Origin: a virus
DNA: 64,000 nucleotides
Reading direction: 5' to 3' (one strand)
Virus record (IMG/VR): IMGVR_UViG_3300031949_000012
Span: 31,290 to 95,289 of that record
Both the position numbers and the translations under genes were made by a program. A model generated the notes under the pieces. That model worked only from the letters and a program-made list of their open reading frames with translations, was not told where the DNA came from and searched no databases. Positions 47,312 through 59,429 of the stretch are shown here, piece by piece. The stretch's first letter is position 1. Each line of letters opens with the position of its first letter.

Positions 47312-48024
47312 TATTCCTCCTTTAAGAATTGAAAGGGCGGCTTGACCCTTTGCCGGTTGGTTGGCTTTTGGACGCATATCCAGTAGGCGTAGGCGTTCCT
47401 CAGATGGTGCTGAGCCACCCAGGTTGAAGACTGGGGCAAGTGGCTTGTCTTCTTTATGGCCAGGTCTCTAACGGTGAAACCAGCTTTCCAGGCAGTGTAC
47501 ATAAACTCGGTATGCTGCCAGAGATAGGTGCTACTGTGGATCATGTCAATGATCTTGCATAGCACTATTCCCCTGGGACAGAGCACCCGATAGGCTTCTT
47601 TCAGGAATGGGGGGAAGAACTCTGTCACTCCCCCATCAGCGGCGTTCCCAGTTACACCCACCTTTACCCCGTAGTTCCTTTGGTAGTTGATGGTCCCCGT
47701 GGCACCGTGATCACTAAGGTGGGGCGGGTCGAAAATGATGACCGCGACCTGCTTGGCCTCAACCAAATCCATCTGGGTGAAGTCCATCATCTTGATACCT
47801 GGCGCCTTTGGTTCAAGGTCTGTTTTCAGGTCTGGCTGAAAGAGCCGATTGTCAGCCCACATGTGCCCCAGACCATAGGTGCAATCGAGAATAAATGAAT
47901 TGTCCCCCGGCGCGTGAAGCAGGATGAGGGCGTTAATCGCTTCCTCATCGGAGCTGAAGACATTCAGAAAGCCGGGGTAATCTGATGGGTCCATGTGCTG
48001 CCAGAGAGTGGAGGTCAGCTTCAC
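47311..48024 (-). CDS. Putative DNA amino-methyltransferase
   Basis: ILDCTYGLGHMW (SAM motif), IIFDPPH (catalytic), EAYRVLCPRG. Confidence 0.75.
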   Translation of the reverse strand: MKLTSTLWQHMDPSDYPGFLNVFSSDEEAINALILLHAPGDNSFILDCTYGLGHMWADNRLFQPDLKTDLEPKAPGIKMMDFTQMDLVEAKQVAVIIFDPPHLSDHGATGTINYQRNYGVKVGVTGNAADGGVTEFFPPFLKEAYRVLCPRGIVLCKIIDMIHSSTYLWQHTEFMYTAWKAGFTVRDLAIKKTSHLPQSSTWVAQHHLRNAYAYWICVQKPTNRQRVKPPFQFLKEE

Positions 48025-51000
48025 TTTGTAATTTCCATTCTGAGATAATTTTCCAATGTGCTTGCGTGTTCGGTGGTAAGAGCCGTCACGTCCCAACCCT
48101 TCAGATGGAAGGATGATAACCGCTGCACCACCCAGGCAAATTTCTCCTCTCCAACCCGGCCCATCAGTTCGTTGATAGTTTTTAGCTGTTCGTCTGACAC
48201 CGGGTTTCTAAGTGCGGCTCTCTTGTCCGCAGAGATGATGAGCCCAATAGCTGGAGATTTCTCATTGCTGGTCACGTTTTGCCTCCTTCTCTTTTTCTTG
48301 TAGAACTATGGCTTGGACAAATGCGCTTTCTGCATCGAAGCGGGCCTGGCTGCGTGTCCAAAGCCAATGAACGTTACGTTTGATAATAATAATTTTTTCC
48401 TGGTCAGTAACCAAGAGAGCCTCATCGGGCCGGTTCCAGCGAAAGCCGCTCTCGAAAACGGTCTTGTAAATGTCAGGCCAGATTATCTGGTCATCTTCAA
48501 GTTCCGGCAGCGGGTCAGACTTTGCCTGGGTGGCAAACACAACGCCTATCCACTTCTCATAAGGCCGGATGACCTGCCAGCGAAAAACCCCGGCATCATT
48601 AAGAAAACTTTGCCACATGTCTAAGAAGACATAAAGATATTCCTCAAGGCCCAAGCCCTCGCCCCGTTTTACAACGGGCAGATCGGTGATGAAGCCCTGC
48701 CGGGCTACTGGATACCTCTCTACCGGCTCAAGAGATTGGTCTGGGCTATTTTCAATCAGGTCTAAAACTATATCCCGCTCGCTGGGGCTAAAATCATATA
48801 GGTCGACATATAGGTCGAACATATAGTTCAACATCTTCCAGAGCCGGGACAAATCAGGCGTTTCCATGTTTGACCTCCATGGCCTTTTCTAAGGCCGCTG
48901 TTATCTTTTCAATCTGCCGGGCCCGCTCCTCTCTTAGCTGGTTCAGAGCTTCGGTTATGGTTTTAGCCTGAGTGTAATCCCCAGCCTTGACGCACAAATC
49001 AACTAACTGGTGGGCCAGGCTCTCCGGTGACGAGCCATGATAGCCAATCACCTTGGCGGTCTTTGCCGTTAGACGGACAACGACCAGGTTAGGATGGTCT
49101 ATCTGGTTCTCTAGCCCGATTTCGTAACGGCGGCCGGCTAAGGAGAAGGCGCAAATCAGGTGATATTGCTTGGTTCTATCTTTGCTTTTTTCATTCACTA
49201 TTCACCACTTTCTCCCAGGGTCAGGATGAAAAGGGTAGTCAGGCTGCGGGTAAACACATCTTGCAGCTCGACCAGCCTTTCAAAAATAACCTCTTGTGCC
49301 GGAGTAAGTTCCAGGCTATGCTTAACCAGATACATAGCCAGGTCATCAGCGTTTCCAACTACCAGTTCTTCTCCACCATCGGCAAAGCGAAGGGGAGCCC
49401 CGCAACAGATGGTCCGGTAAGAGAAATCCATTCCATTTTCGGCTGCAAGAGGGGCAGTATATTCATGGCTCCCCTCCATTCCAAATATCAGTTCTGTGGT
49501 GGTCACATCAATGGTTTCTTTCTCCACCCTAGTTACTTTACTACACTGCGGGCACTTCACCAAAACAGGTTTCATTCCTCCACCTCTTTCCAGATACTAT
49601 AGCCTTCACGCTGTTCAATCAATATGTCAGCGCCAGTCGACGTTGGACAGTCGTCAGACCTCAGATAAAAGCCGCTGTCTAAAATGGCTTTATAAACCTC
49701 CTCTGGCAGCTCGATTTTTATCGAGCACAAACCGCGACATTCGCAAAAGTATTTCATCACTCCTCCTGTAAATATGTTTTCGGATCATACGACATTTCAC
49801 TTGCCTCGCCTCCCTCGCCTCCCGGCTCTCTGGCCTCCTCCCATAGCCTGGCCAGGTCTTGTTTGTCTTTCACATCTCTAGGCAGAATAAAGCCTCGTGT
49901 CAGTTTCGGGCTCTTGAGCGTAATCGTCACCAGCCCCTTATCATCAATCAGAACACACTCAACCTCGTGTCGCATAAAGCGAAACGAAAGATAGTGGTTG
50001 ATGACTGACCAGGCCCCGGCTTCAGACTCCGGGTCTGCCTGTAAGAAACCCTCCTCAACGCCAGACAGTTTGCCCGGCGCTCGAAGCAAGACCGGCTGGT
50101 GTTCCAAGCCAGCAAAAACAGTACTCATTAAATCGCTCATGTGTTTTCCTCCTAGTTCGGTGAACTCACTAGTTCGTCTCCGCTGCCTGCTCTCGAAGCA
50201 GGCGCGCATGATAAAGTTTTATTTCCTCAAGTGAAACGGCCGCCCGCCGGTGTTTGCGGCTGGCGTGTTCCTGGTGAACATACAAATATTCACCTACTTC
50301 TTTTTCGTCTGGGACAGCAATAACTTGTCCCCTTTCGAGACAAACCTCTATTGCCCCCAAGATAGCCGCCAGGCGTTCAGCCTCAGGCACGTCGGAAAAG
50401 GCGTTTTGAAAATCGTCAGCCAGTGACATCTTTCACTCCTTTCAAGCCCAATGAAGAATGATACCCCCCAAGGCTTTTACCCGGCTAAAGATTCTGGTGA
50501 TGCGCCGGTAATCGTCCATAGCGGTGGTATATGGAATATTCTTACGTTCCTTAATCAACCTCTCCAACTCCACATCGTAGACCGGCAAGATAAAATCACA
50601 CGAAAAATTGAGAAGGTCCTCATCTGGACTGTAAGGGTGAAGATCGCCTGTTTCCTCCATCGTATAAAGGTTGACTTTGCCCAACCAGGCAACATCGTTT
50701 CTAGCCTGGACGAAATCCTCAATCGCTAGATTTGTTTCACCGTTCACTGCTCCCATCTTATCTTCTGATATATCGTCACAATAGTCTCTCATGCGCGTTT
50801 CTCCTGTAATAGTTCGTAGACCTGAAACTCGGCCGGGTCAAGCCACTTCTCATAGCGGGCCCGTGTCCAAATTTGGACAACAGCATCTTCTAATAACTGC
50901 CGGCTTCTGTCACTCACAAAACGCACCCCGGCATTGTGGATGCTGCCGGCAATGATTTTGTAAGGGTCGCCCTTGTCATCCTTGAGCTTCACGTAGAACA

Positions 51001-51879
51001 GGCGGCCCCGGTTCATTTGGGATTTCCGGCGCTCATTCGCCATCTTGTTCATACTCCTCTTGTCTGGCTTCTTCTTTCAGTATCATCTCCCAGACCTGGG
51101 CCGCTTCAGCATGATAGTTTGCATCTTCCAGGGCCCAATGGAAAATTCTTAGCAGGGGCAGGCCATCCCAGTCGCAAAAGCGGGCCAGGGCAATACCCAG
51201 GCCGTTCTCCTGGCGTTCCTGAACGTTGTCAGGCCGGATATGGTCCGGCGGCAAAGACTCCTCTGCTTCGTAAATGGCGATCCTACTCAGCAGTTCGCTA
51301 GAGTTTAATTTGGTAGACATTGTTTTCCTCCTTGAATTGTAGTTCTAAAGTGTAGCCGGGGGGATATTCCCCATTGCTGACTAAAACTATCTTTCCGGCC
51401 GAAAGAGTGATAGTGATTTCCTGAGCACGTGATACCTCTACGCTTTCTACTTCTCCATCTAAAATGGTTTGAATTTTAGCCTGCAACAAGTCGGCCTCGT
51501 TATCTGCATCTTCATCTCCCCAACCTTCAATCTCCTCAGCTTGATAAAGGCCAGCCGGCGAAATGCTGTCTTCAGCATCGGGCGTTCTGGCTTCAATGAT
51601 CTCGAACGGAACGGATCGGACCGTGAGCTTGTAGCTATGAGGAAATTCAAGGCGATACACTCCCTTGATGATAAGGTGGGGGTAAATCATCAAGCGGTTA
51701 GGTTTGCCATAAATCCAGGTGTCGTTCCAGTAATAGCCCTTCCTGTAACAAAAGTCTACAATGTAATTCTTGTCGTCATCTGGAAAAACGACTGGCAGGC
51801 GTTTCGCACTTTCTATGACAATCTTGTTTTCAGGCGGGTCCAGGGGACCCTGGTAAGTCAGCTTGATTTTGCGTTTCAC
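48021..51879 (-). CDS. Run of small hypothetical ORFs (48021-48275, 48262-48867, 48854-49198, 49198-49575, 49572-49760, 49757-50140, 50169-50429, 50442-50792, 50789-51052, 51033-51320, 51298-51879)
   Basis: Overlapping or coupled ORFs, most with clear GGAG(G) RBS; no recognisable family. Confidence 0.6.
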
Positions 51880-52930
51880 CGTTTTCCTCCTTAAAACCAA
51901 ATTTGAATATAAGCGGCTTGAGTGGTCTGTTATCCCACATGGCGAATAAGTAAGCCGCTAAGGATGGGTGATACTCATTCGCCCATAGCGCAAATTCCTT
52001 GCGCGATGCTTTTGGGGCCTGGTAGAATACAAGTCCAATCAGATATTCTGCCCTGGCTATAACTTCTAAAATTTGTTTTTCCCATCCCCGAACTTCAGCC
52101 AGGTACTCGTCTGGGATAATGCTCATGGCCTCAGCCAGTGTTCCGGCTTCTACGTGCGCCAGGATACTTTTGAAGCTCAAGCCGCTGATGAGTTTGTGTA
52201 ACTTTCGATATTCGTCACCTTTGAACTTGAATCGTTCACCGTCGGCGAACTCGGCTACCCAACCCTCTGCAGTAGGCGGCAAAACTTTGGCCGCTTCAAC
52301 GATTTTGTCCGGCGTCTCGAAACGAAACGCAAAAGGGACAGAGAACTTGTAGATTTCCGCTATATGCCTCAACTCTTCAGGCGAAAGGAAGCCGCCAGTA
52401 AATCTCGACCGGGCAGCTAACAAAACCAGGTCCTCTTTTTGGTAGTCGATTACGATGCGATTGGCCGGATAAACAATCTCGAACAGTAAGGTTAGAGCTG
52501 GGGGTAAATCATCAAGATTATAGTTCCTGTTCAGGAACTCGGTTGCCCAAACCGCCTGATCGCTATCGAAACTACCACGGGTGGCGACTCGAAAACCGCC
52601 ATTTTCACGGTAAAGGATGCCCAGGGAACCATCTATCTTCTCGGTGACTTTCTTGATAGGTGCATCTGAATACCGGCCTCCTTCGCCCCAGTTGAAGAAC
52701 TTATCAAATGGCCGGGCTACCACTTCGCCCGTCTCGGCGTTCAAAATCAAGCCCCGGCTAATGCGCTCGATGAAATTCCAGCGCCCTTCAAACTGGGCTT
52801 TCGCCGTATAGTTAAAGAGCCGCAGCGGGCCACGTTCAGCAACGTAAATTTCGCCCAGGCTTTTCCAGTCCGAGAAGCCGGTTTGGGCCAGGTTTTGAAG
52901 GTCGGTTATGGTTTCAACCGAAGTCCTCAC
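51830..52930 (-). CDS. RNA ligase (T4 Rnl1-like)
   Basis: RGLI, PFDKFFN, EKIDGS (motif I), LLFEI, EGWV, KFK. Confidence 0.88.
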   Translation of the reverse strand: MRTSVETITDLQNLAQTGFSDWKSLGEIYVAERGPLRLFNYTAKAQFEGRWNFIERISRGLILNAETGEVVARPFDKFFNWGEGGRYSDAPIKKVTEKIDGSLGILYRENGGFRVATRGSFDSDQAVWATEFLNRNYNLDDLPPALTLLFEIVYPANRIVIDYQKEDLVLLAARSRFTGGFLSPEELRHIAEIYKFSVPFAFRFETPDKIVEAAKVLPPTAEGWVAEFADGERFKFKGDEYRKLHKLISGLSFKSILAHVEAGTLAEAMSIIPDEYLAEVRGWEKQILEVIARAEYLIGLVFYQAPKASRKEFALWANEYHPSLAAYLFAMWDNRPLKPLIFKFGFKEENGETQNQADLPGSPGPA

Positions 52931-53151
52931 TATTCACCTCCGGCCGGCGGCGGGTTGAGCTTTACGCTCGTTCCGGTCTCGGCGTCGAAACAGTAGTAAA
53001 CATCATCACCGGCATCAATCATCTGCTCATAGCCGGCGTTCTGACATAAACCTTCAGCTGTCCAATCTTCTGTGCTTATTGACGCTAAAAATGCTATGAG
53101 AATAAGCGCACCAAACAACATGCCTATAAGAAAACTGGTTCCTTCGTTCAT
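52930..53151 (-). CDS. Small membrane-anchored protein
   Basis: N-terminal hydrophobic helix; RBS AGGAGG. Confidence 0.6.
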   Translation of the reverse strand: MNEGTSFLIGMLFGALILIAFLASISTEDWTAEGLCQNAGYEQMIDAGDDVYYCFDAETGTSVKLNPPPAGGE

Positions 53152-53184
53152 ACTTCCTCCTATTTAATTCGACAAGCTCATTAG

Positions 53185-53218
53185 GAGGGGACTGGGATGT
53201 GATGGGCCCAGTCCCCTC
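53185..53218. terminator. GC-rich intergenic hairpin
   Basis: GAGGGGACTGGG-10 nt-CCCAGTCCCCTC; T-run only on the + side. Confidence 0.55.
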
Positions 53219-53224
53219 TTTGTC

Positions 53225-54343
53225 TTAGCGAATTTTCACCACGTTGTCTAATTCCACAATTTCGTTGACCCCATCCGCCATCATGGCGGGGTCATAGTCT
53301 GACAGCCGGGAGATTACATCCCCCACAGTCATCACATACTGGTCCTCACCCAGGTCAATGATCTGGTTGGCCAGGGGAAGCGCCAGGGCTTCGACCGCTT
53401 CCATCTTCAGCCAGTTGGCCGGGCGGCGGCCAATGCCCTCAGCAAAGGCTTGGGTGCCGTAGGTGATAGCCTGGACAATATCGAAAGCTGTAGCTTGCTC
53501 GGTCTGTTTGGCCCAGTACTCTTTGGCGCGGTCTTTGACGTATGCCGGCAGGCCAAAGTCCTTCATCGCCTTCTCGAAGACAGCGAGCGGGTTGATGAAG
53601 GGGTGGCCTTTCAGATCGTGCAGTTGGTCGCGCATCCGTCCGGCAAAGTCACCTACCCCACCGGCCGCTCCAATGAGCGCCGCCGTAAAATCTCCCAATC
53701 CGGCGAAGTGATGCTCGGTCTTAATGGCTGCCTCAGCCAGGGTGTAATTGAAACAGCTTACCCTGGCCAGTAATGCCCTGGCCTGGAAAGAACGCTTCCC
53801 CTGCTCATCATTTGAGATGGAGAGCCCGCCATAAGCGGGGTCCTTCTTGCCGTCGCCCAGGAAAAAGCTCCAACTTTCGGCTACCAGGCGCAGCCACATC
53901 TCCCGGCCATTTTGGGACAGGTGGAACTTGGCTACCTGCGCATCTTCCGGCAGTTCGCCCCGCAACACCATTTGCTCAAGAGTGAGCAGCACGGCGTTGT
54001 TCTTGAGAAGCAGGTAGTCCCGGCCTAAGACGCCGGTTATCTGCGTGCCCTGGGTGCGAACCAGCACCTTCCGGTCGCCGTTTTTCTCGGTCAGGTGGCG
54101 CATTACTTCAATTTGCAACTCCGGCGCATCATCCAGGGCCAACATTGCTGGCGCCGGAAAGCCCAGCCGGTCTTGAACTAACTCCTTGAAGCCCTGGGGG
54201 GTAATAACATAAGAACCGCCCTGGCCCGGTTGCACCATCCGACCCCCAGTGAAGGCGTTTCCCAATTCGCCCAGGGTAGTTTCCCAATCTGCGTTCCCTT
54301 GGGTCTTCTCTCCAAGGACTGCTAATACTTTCTCTGTAAACAT
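53225..54343 (-). CDS. DUF932-like protein
   Basis: LVRT...GVLGRDY...NN, GLSISNDEQG, RVSCFN pattern; RBS AGGAGG. Confidence 0.6.
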   Translation of the reverse strand: MFTEKVLAVLGEKTQGNADWETTLGELGNAFTGGRMVQPGQGGSYVITPQGFKELVQDRLGFPAPAMLALDDAPELQIEVMRHLTEKNGDRKVLVRTQGTQITGVLGRDYLLLKNNAVLLTLEQMVLRGELPEDAQVAKFHLSQNGREMWLRLVAESWSFFLGDGKKDPAYGGLSISNDEQGKRSFQARALLARVSCFNYTLAEAAIKTEHHFAGLGDFTAALIGAAGGVGDFAGRMRDQLHDLKGHPFINPLAVFEKAMKDFGLPAYVKDRAKEYWAKQTEQATAFDIVQAITYGTQAFAEGIGRRPANWLKMEAVEALALPLANQIIDLGEDQYVMTVGDVISRLSDYDPAMMADGVNEIVELDNVVKIR

Positions 54344-54381
54344 GATAATCCTCCTAAAATTATATATCAGGCAGCAGCCTA

Positions 54382-57300
54382 TCAAACGGCTGCATCTGAT
54401 TTCACTAACTCTTCCAGGCTATAGTCCCAGGCCAGCACCAGCTCCACCCCCGGCGCTTCGAGGTGGGTAAAGGTCATCTCGAAAAACTCAATCCCATCCG
54501 CCGTTTCCCAGGGGATTGGCTTTTCTAAGACAAATTTACCGTCCAAATGCTTGGCATATTCTTCAGCCTCGGCCTTGCTATCAAACTGCCGGGGCATAAT
54601 CGTACCGTCCATAAACACAGTATACTCCCTGGTTTCTGGAAGACCCAAGATAACATCTACCAGGCCCATTGAAATTTCTCTCAGGTCCTTACAAACTCGA
54701 TTGTAAATGTAAGGAACAATCTTCATAACCTCTATTTTTTCACCAACCCCGATACCCACGACATGAGTATATTCAGCCAGGTTCATTAGACGCCTCCCTT
54801 TCCATCCGATCCAACCCCTTCTCTAGCTGCTGAGCGTATTCCAACACTGTATAAAAATCATAGTACGGCGCTACCTCTAAAATATAGGCCCATTGTGCAG
54901 TACCGACCCGCCGAACAAGATCGCCATATTCCTGAAGTGCAGACACAAACGACAAATTTGCGGCGTGGATAATAATTATCCTATCTTCAGCGTTGTAGCT
55001 CTCAACTCTCATATTAAACAACTTCTTTGGCTTTTCCATCAGTTTCCTCCTGTTTTTTCTCTACTGTAATCACCGTCTCAGCCGGTTCAAGGCTCGCAAA
55101 ACGGTTTCGTACCAGAACCAGGATGCAATAACTCTCTCGAAGGCCGGCGCGCCAAACTCACCGGCGACATAGTAACGCGCTCCACCTTCAATTTCGACCG
55201 GCTCAATTTCAGTCCACACTTTCTGGACCAGATGCCCGGCCCGTTTGCTAGCCAAATATGTCTCCTGGTCTATCTCGTAAGCGACCAGGACCGACTGGTA
55301 ATACTTTGAGGTGTCCACCGTAGGGTGCTCCCACGCCTCGGACAGATTGGCCAATTCCTCATTTGTTATTCGTCGCGGTTTCATCTTTTACTCCCAGTGC
55401 GTTTTGATGTCGCTCGCGCAAAAGTTCTTTTAGCCGCTCGACCGCCTCTGGCGTCAAAACGGCGTTCTCCTCAATGTACTTCTCGGTGACATCAGAGCCA
55501 TTAAAGACAATATCAAACACAAAGTTAATTGCCCGATTTCGTTGCCGTAACTGGGCAATTCTATCTTCACGCGACCAATGGCTCACGTCACCGAACCCCG
55601 ACCCGTCAGAACATTCAACCAAAAAATCCACAAACGGAGGCGATTCCTCGCCTGGCTTGACCCAAAATTCGATCTCCTGAATGTCTCCCCGTACAATCGC
55701 GGCTTCGATCATCTGAATTGCATCCCGAAATTCTTGCATCTTCAAACTTAATTCACTCATCTTGAGCCTCCTGTTTAATACCAGACCGTCGTCTAAAGTA
55801 CCAGACCGTTTCACTTCCCCGTCGATCCTCAACTAACTCAACCTCGGCCGGGGGGATGTCGGTGGTAGCCAGATAAGCGCCACACAACATCTCGATATAC
55901 CCCTGTTGGATTTCAACTTGCCGGCCAACGGCGTAGTCCATCAGTTCCCGTACGCGTTCTTCGGGTATCATCTCAACACTCCTTTAATTCTGCCAACTTT
56001 TCGCGCGCTTCTCTCTCCCTCTCGTATCTCCGATGATTCAACCACTGCAAGACAACCTTAATAGCCGCCTTGACTTCTGGCGGGGCGATCCCCTCATAAA
56101 TATGCAGCAACCCAATAAGCTCTAAAGACATCTATCAGCCTCCTGAAAAATCTCAAAAAAGTATTTATGCGCTATCTCGGCCGTATACATTACGACCTCT
56201 ACTTCTCTCTGTGGAGGTAACATAACACCCCTGCTAGCCGTGATAGCCACTCGAAACCCGCTGTTGGCCGCTTTTTGGCTGTCAGTGGCCGGGCCACCGG
56301 TTAGCAGTCCAACTCGCCCATCATCCAGCCGAATGATGCTGAAGATGGGTACGTCCTTAATCGCAAATTTAGACATCACCACTCCTTTCAGGCAAGGAAA
56401 TAAAGAGCGCCGCGGTCAGAATGATACCAACTGTAAAAATTATCTGGGCGACCGGCGGTAGCGGGCCCAGGGACATATTGTGATGCTGCGAGATAAGAAG
56501 ATACACAAAAGCGGTCAGCATCGCCTTCTCAAACTTTGTCATCAAAGCCTCCTATTCAAACATCTCGGCCAATAGCTCCAACAGCTCAGCCTCACTCAAA
56601 TTTTGATAGTCTTGCTTATGGAACTCACCCCACCGGGTATTGCCGGCAAAACTTCTCCGCCGAACACAAGCGCGGGGAATACTGGTCCGAAAAGCTATCC
56701 CTGACCGGAACAACCAGGCCGGCATTTCAGGCATAATGGGGATAGTTTCCATCTCGTCAAACCCGCTAAGCCAGAGGGTTATCTGGCCGTTTTCCATATC
56801 AAAACCGTCTACTGCGCCGCTGATTTCCCAGGTCGGTTTATCATCTGACATGATTAGCCTCCTTCCTGACAATCAAACTTCCATACTCTACAGTTATCTG
56901 CCATATATAATCGTCACCATCTAGCACGAACTGGTCAGTAGATGAACTGTACGCGGTGTAATATTCGTCCTTCCCATTTGCAAATACAGCCGCATTTCGA
57001 AAGTCCTTCACCACATCACCGCTCTCGAAGCGGTAATCGTCGCCGGCCTCTGATATGGCAACCACAGCCCGGTAGGTGCTGGCGTCCCCTTCGTCGTAGT
57101 CAATCTCGATGATCATGACTACCCTCCTCCAACCACGGCGCGCCATCTGTTTGCCAGTGGTGATCATAGGCCACGTGGTAGGTTTCAATTGCCAGGCCCT
57201 CCGGCGAGACGAAAACGAGTTCGGCGCCATCGGCTGCATCTTCCTCATCGTATGGCCGTATATAGACAAGTATGGCTCTGTCTGAGGTCCTTCGCCAATC

Positions 57301-58836
57301 GCAATAAAACATCTCGCCGGATTCAGGCGATAACAGTGAACCTTCAAACTCCCACCTTTGTCCATGCCGATGAAGCATGATACCATACCCATCTTTGCCA
57401 GCCCGCTCAAGCCCAATACTAACCGCTTTCTGGCAATCGCCAATATGTTCAGTCGCCGACCATGTAAGGCGGTGAAGGGCCGGGGTATCATACTCCCAGC
57501 TCACCCACCCGCAGACTGGGCAAGTAGCCTGGTAATACACAACTGTCTTTGCTACTGAGATATATTCCGGTAAGCTCATTTAGCCTCCAATCCCAAAAGA
57601 GCCAACTTGGGTAATTTGCTATCTTCTACCGCCTTCTGGTAGCCCAGCTCGTAAGCATGTTCTAACGCCTCCACTGTCAGAAAACAGTTGGTACAAAATC
57701 TGTCGGGGGGATGAACATTCGGGCAGATAAAATGTGCGTCTTTGAACCACTGCGACCGCTGATAGTCAATCACTTTTTGTTTTTTGTCGCTAATCTGCAT
57801 CAAAGCCTCCTTAACTACAAATCGTACTCGGCCATAATAGCGCGAATTTTTCGCAAAAAACACTCTTTGGGAAGATAGGTGCTACCAAGCATAGCCTTGA
57901 TTTGCGGGTAGTCGGCCCATCGCTGGTAAATACGCTCCTCAAGTGTATTCGCCCGTTTAATGCCGGCCATCTCCTCCAGGGCAAAAACGACCAGCGACTC
58001 GAACTTGCCTGGCCTCATGATAGCCTCTTCGACCCAACTGCGTAAATCTTGGTCAATAAAGGCTACTTCAGGCCAGGCCAGCGCCCCTTCAATATCACCG
58101 GCATTAACCAGATCCGCTACCTTTTTGAAGTATATCCAAGGGGGTACGTAATCCATCAAAGCCTCCTGTTGTTCGATACATCACAAATCCAGAAAAGTCT
58201 TTTTTTTTCCAACCCGTCCAGATATTTTTTCAACTCCTGCCGGCTGGCCCTGGTTTCAGCATCTACTTTTGCGGCTGGTCCGGCCATTTCATCTACCATA
58301 AAACCCGCCGCCTGACCAGCTCGGAAAGCAATCTCTTGTTTAAGCGACGTGATGACCCAACCGGCCTTATTCTGTGATAAGGGCTCTTTCCCAAAACCAA
58401 GCTCGCGGGCCATCGTTTGATAGCGCGCCTCAGCGATAGGGTTGCGTCTGAGCCCCTTGATGTAGTTCTTTTGCTTATCCGTGGCCAGGTTTGCGGCGAG
58501 CGGTTCGACTGAGCTCGCCGAAGTCTCAGCCGATCGGTTTGTCCCCGAACTGGATGAAGGCGTCTCGCTTCGAGTAGACTTCTTCCGCCTCTTTTTCTTT
58601 TTCGCCGGCTTTGCCAGAGTGTCCAGGGCATCGTCTTTTGGCGCGTCCCAATACTTCCAGTGAGCTAACCCACCAACCTCGGAAAGCATCTTCTGGTGCA
58701 GGTCGCATAGCCCAACCCAACCCAGACTTTCTGGTTTGACTTTTGAGGCCCCCGGAAACCGCCCTGGGTATCTATCTAGCATCAGCCGGATAGTCTTACA
58801 TAAATGAGTCGTAAATCGCTTTTCTTGATCATCCAT
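54382..58836 (-). CDS. Run of small hypothetical early ORFs (e.g. 54382-54786, 54773-55039, 55070-55384, 55359-55760, 55753-55971, 56122-56382, 56552-56872, 57100-57579, 57576-57863, 57815-58159, 58156-58836)
   Basis: Dense, coupled ORFs with RBSs; no recognisable family; some starts uncertain. Confidence 0.55.
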
Positions 58837-58856
58837 GGTTTACATCTCCCGGCTGT

Positions 58857-58997
58857 AGGTTGTTTTAGCTAAAACAACCTCAGTAGATACCCGCCTTTAT
58901 AGGGTAGTTTAAATTCTGAGCAGAAGTCGATCTCAAATTAAAAAAATTGTCAGCATCTGGTACGGATGAAGATCGACTTCTCTTGAATCTTTCAAGA
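58857..58997. repeat. Cluster of palindromes/inverted repeats
   Basis: Perfect 24-bp AGGTTGTTTTAGCTAAAACAACCT; AGAAGTCGATCT...AGATCGACTTCT; TCTTGAA-tct-TTCAAGA. Confidence 0.8.
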
Positions 58998-59002
58998 TAA
59001 GA

Positions 59003-59148
59003 CCGGCGTCGGGCGAAGATTTCAGGAGAGGCTTTCGCTCAGTCGTCGTCTCTTTCAACCGCTGCCCGACGCCGGACACTTGTCGCCGAGCTTTGTAGGA
59101 GAGACTTTCGCTCAGTCGTCGTCTCTTTCAACCGCTGCGACAGGTGTC
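59003..59148. repeat. Two tandem hairpin units sharing a 42-nt core
   Basis: Direct repeats 59024-59065 and 59097-59138 (1 difference), each closed by a different 12-bp stem. Confidence 0.85.
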
Positions 59149-59429
59149 GTGTTTCTTTTAACTTTCACCTTTTAATCACCTTTGACTTTACTTGTGTCTC
59201 TACTACAAACCCTATCCCCCCACCCGCCCCGCCCCCAACGAATTTGCGCCTTTAGAACACGGCACTGGCACCACTATCACTCTGGGGCACGGCGGATTGC
59301 ATTTTTTGTTGAGCCGGACTTGAACAGTAATCCCACTAGTACAATCTATGTCCGGCCGGAGCCTCTGACCCCGATTATGAAGTTTGAGTTTACCGAAAAC
59401 GTCACTCTAAAAACAAAAACCGCCCCGGC

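Noticed and set aside
59100-59125. Hammerhead ribozyme core (CUGAGCGAAA on minus strand)
   Set aside because: Lacks the CUGANGA-stem II-GAAA layout and a three-way junction
59024-59138. Mini-CRISPR array (42-nt repeats, 31-nt spacer)
   Set aside because: Only two copies, no cas genes, and the spacer is largely made of arms that pair with the flanks, which fits tandem hairpins better
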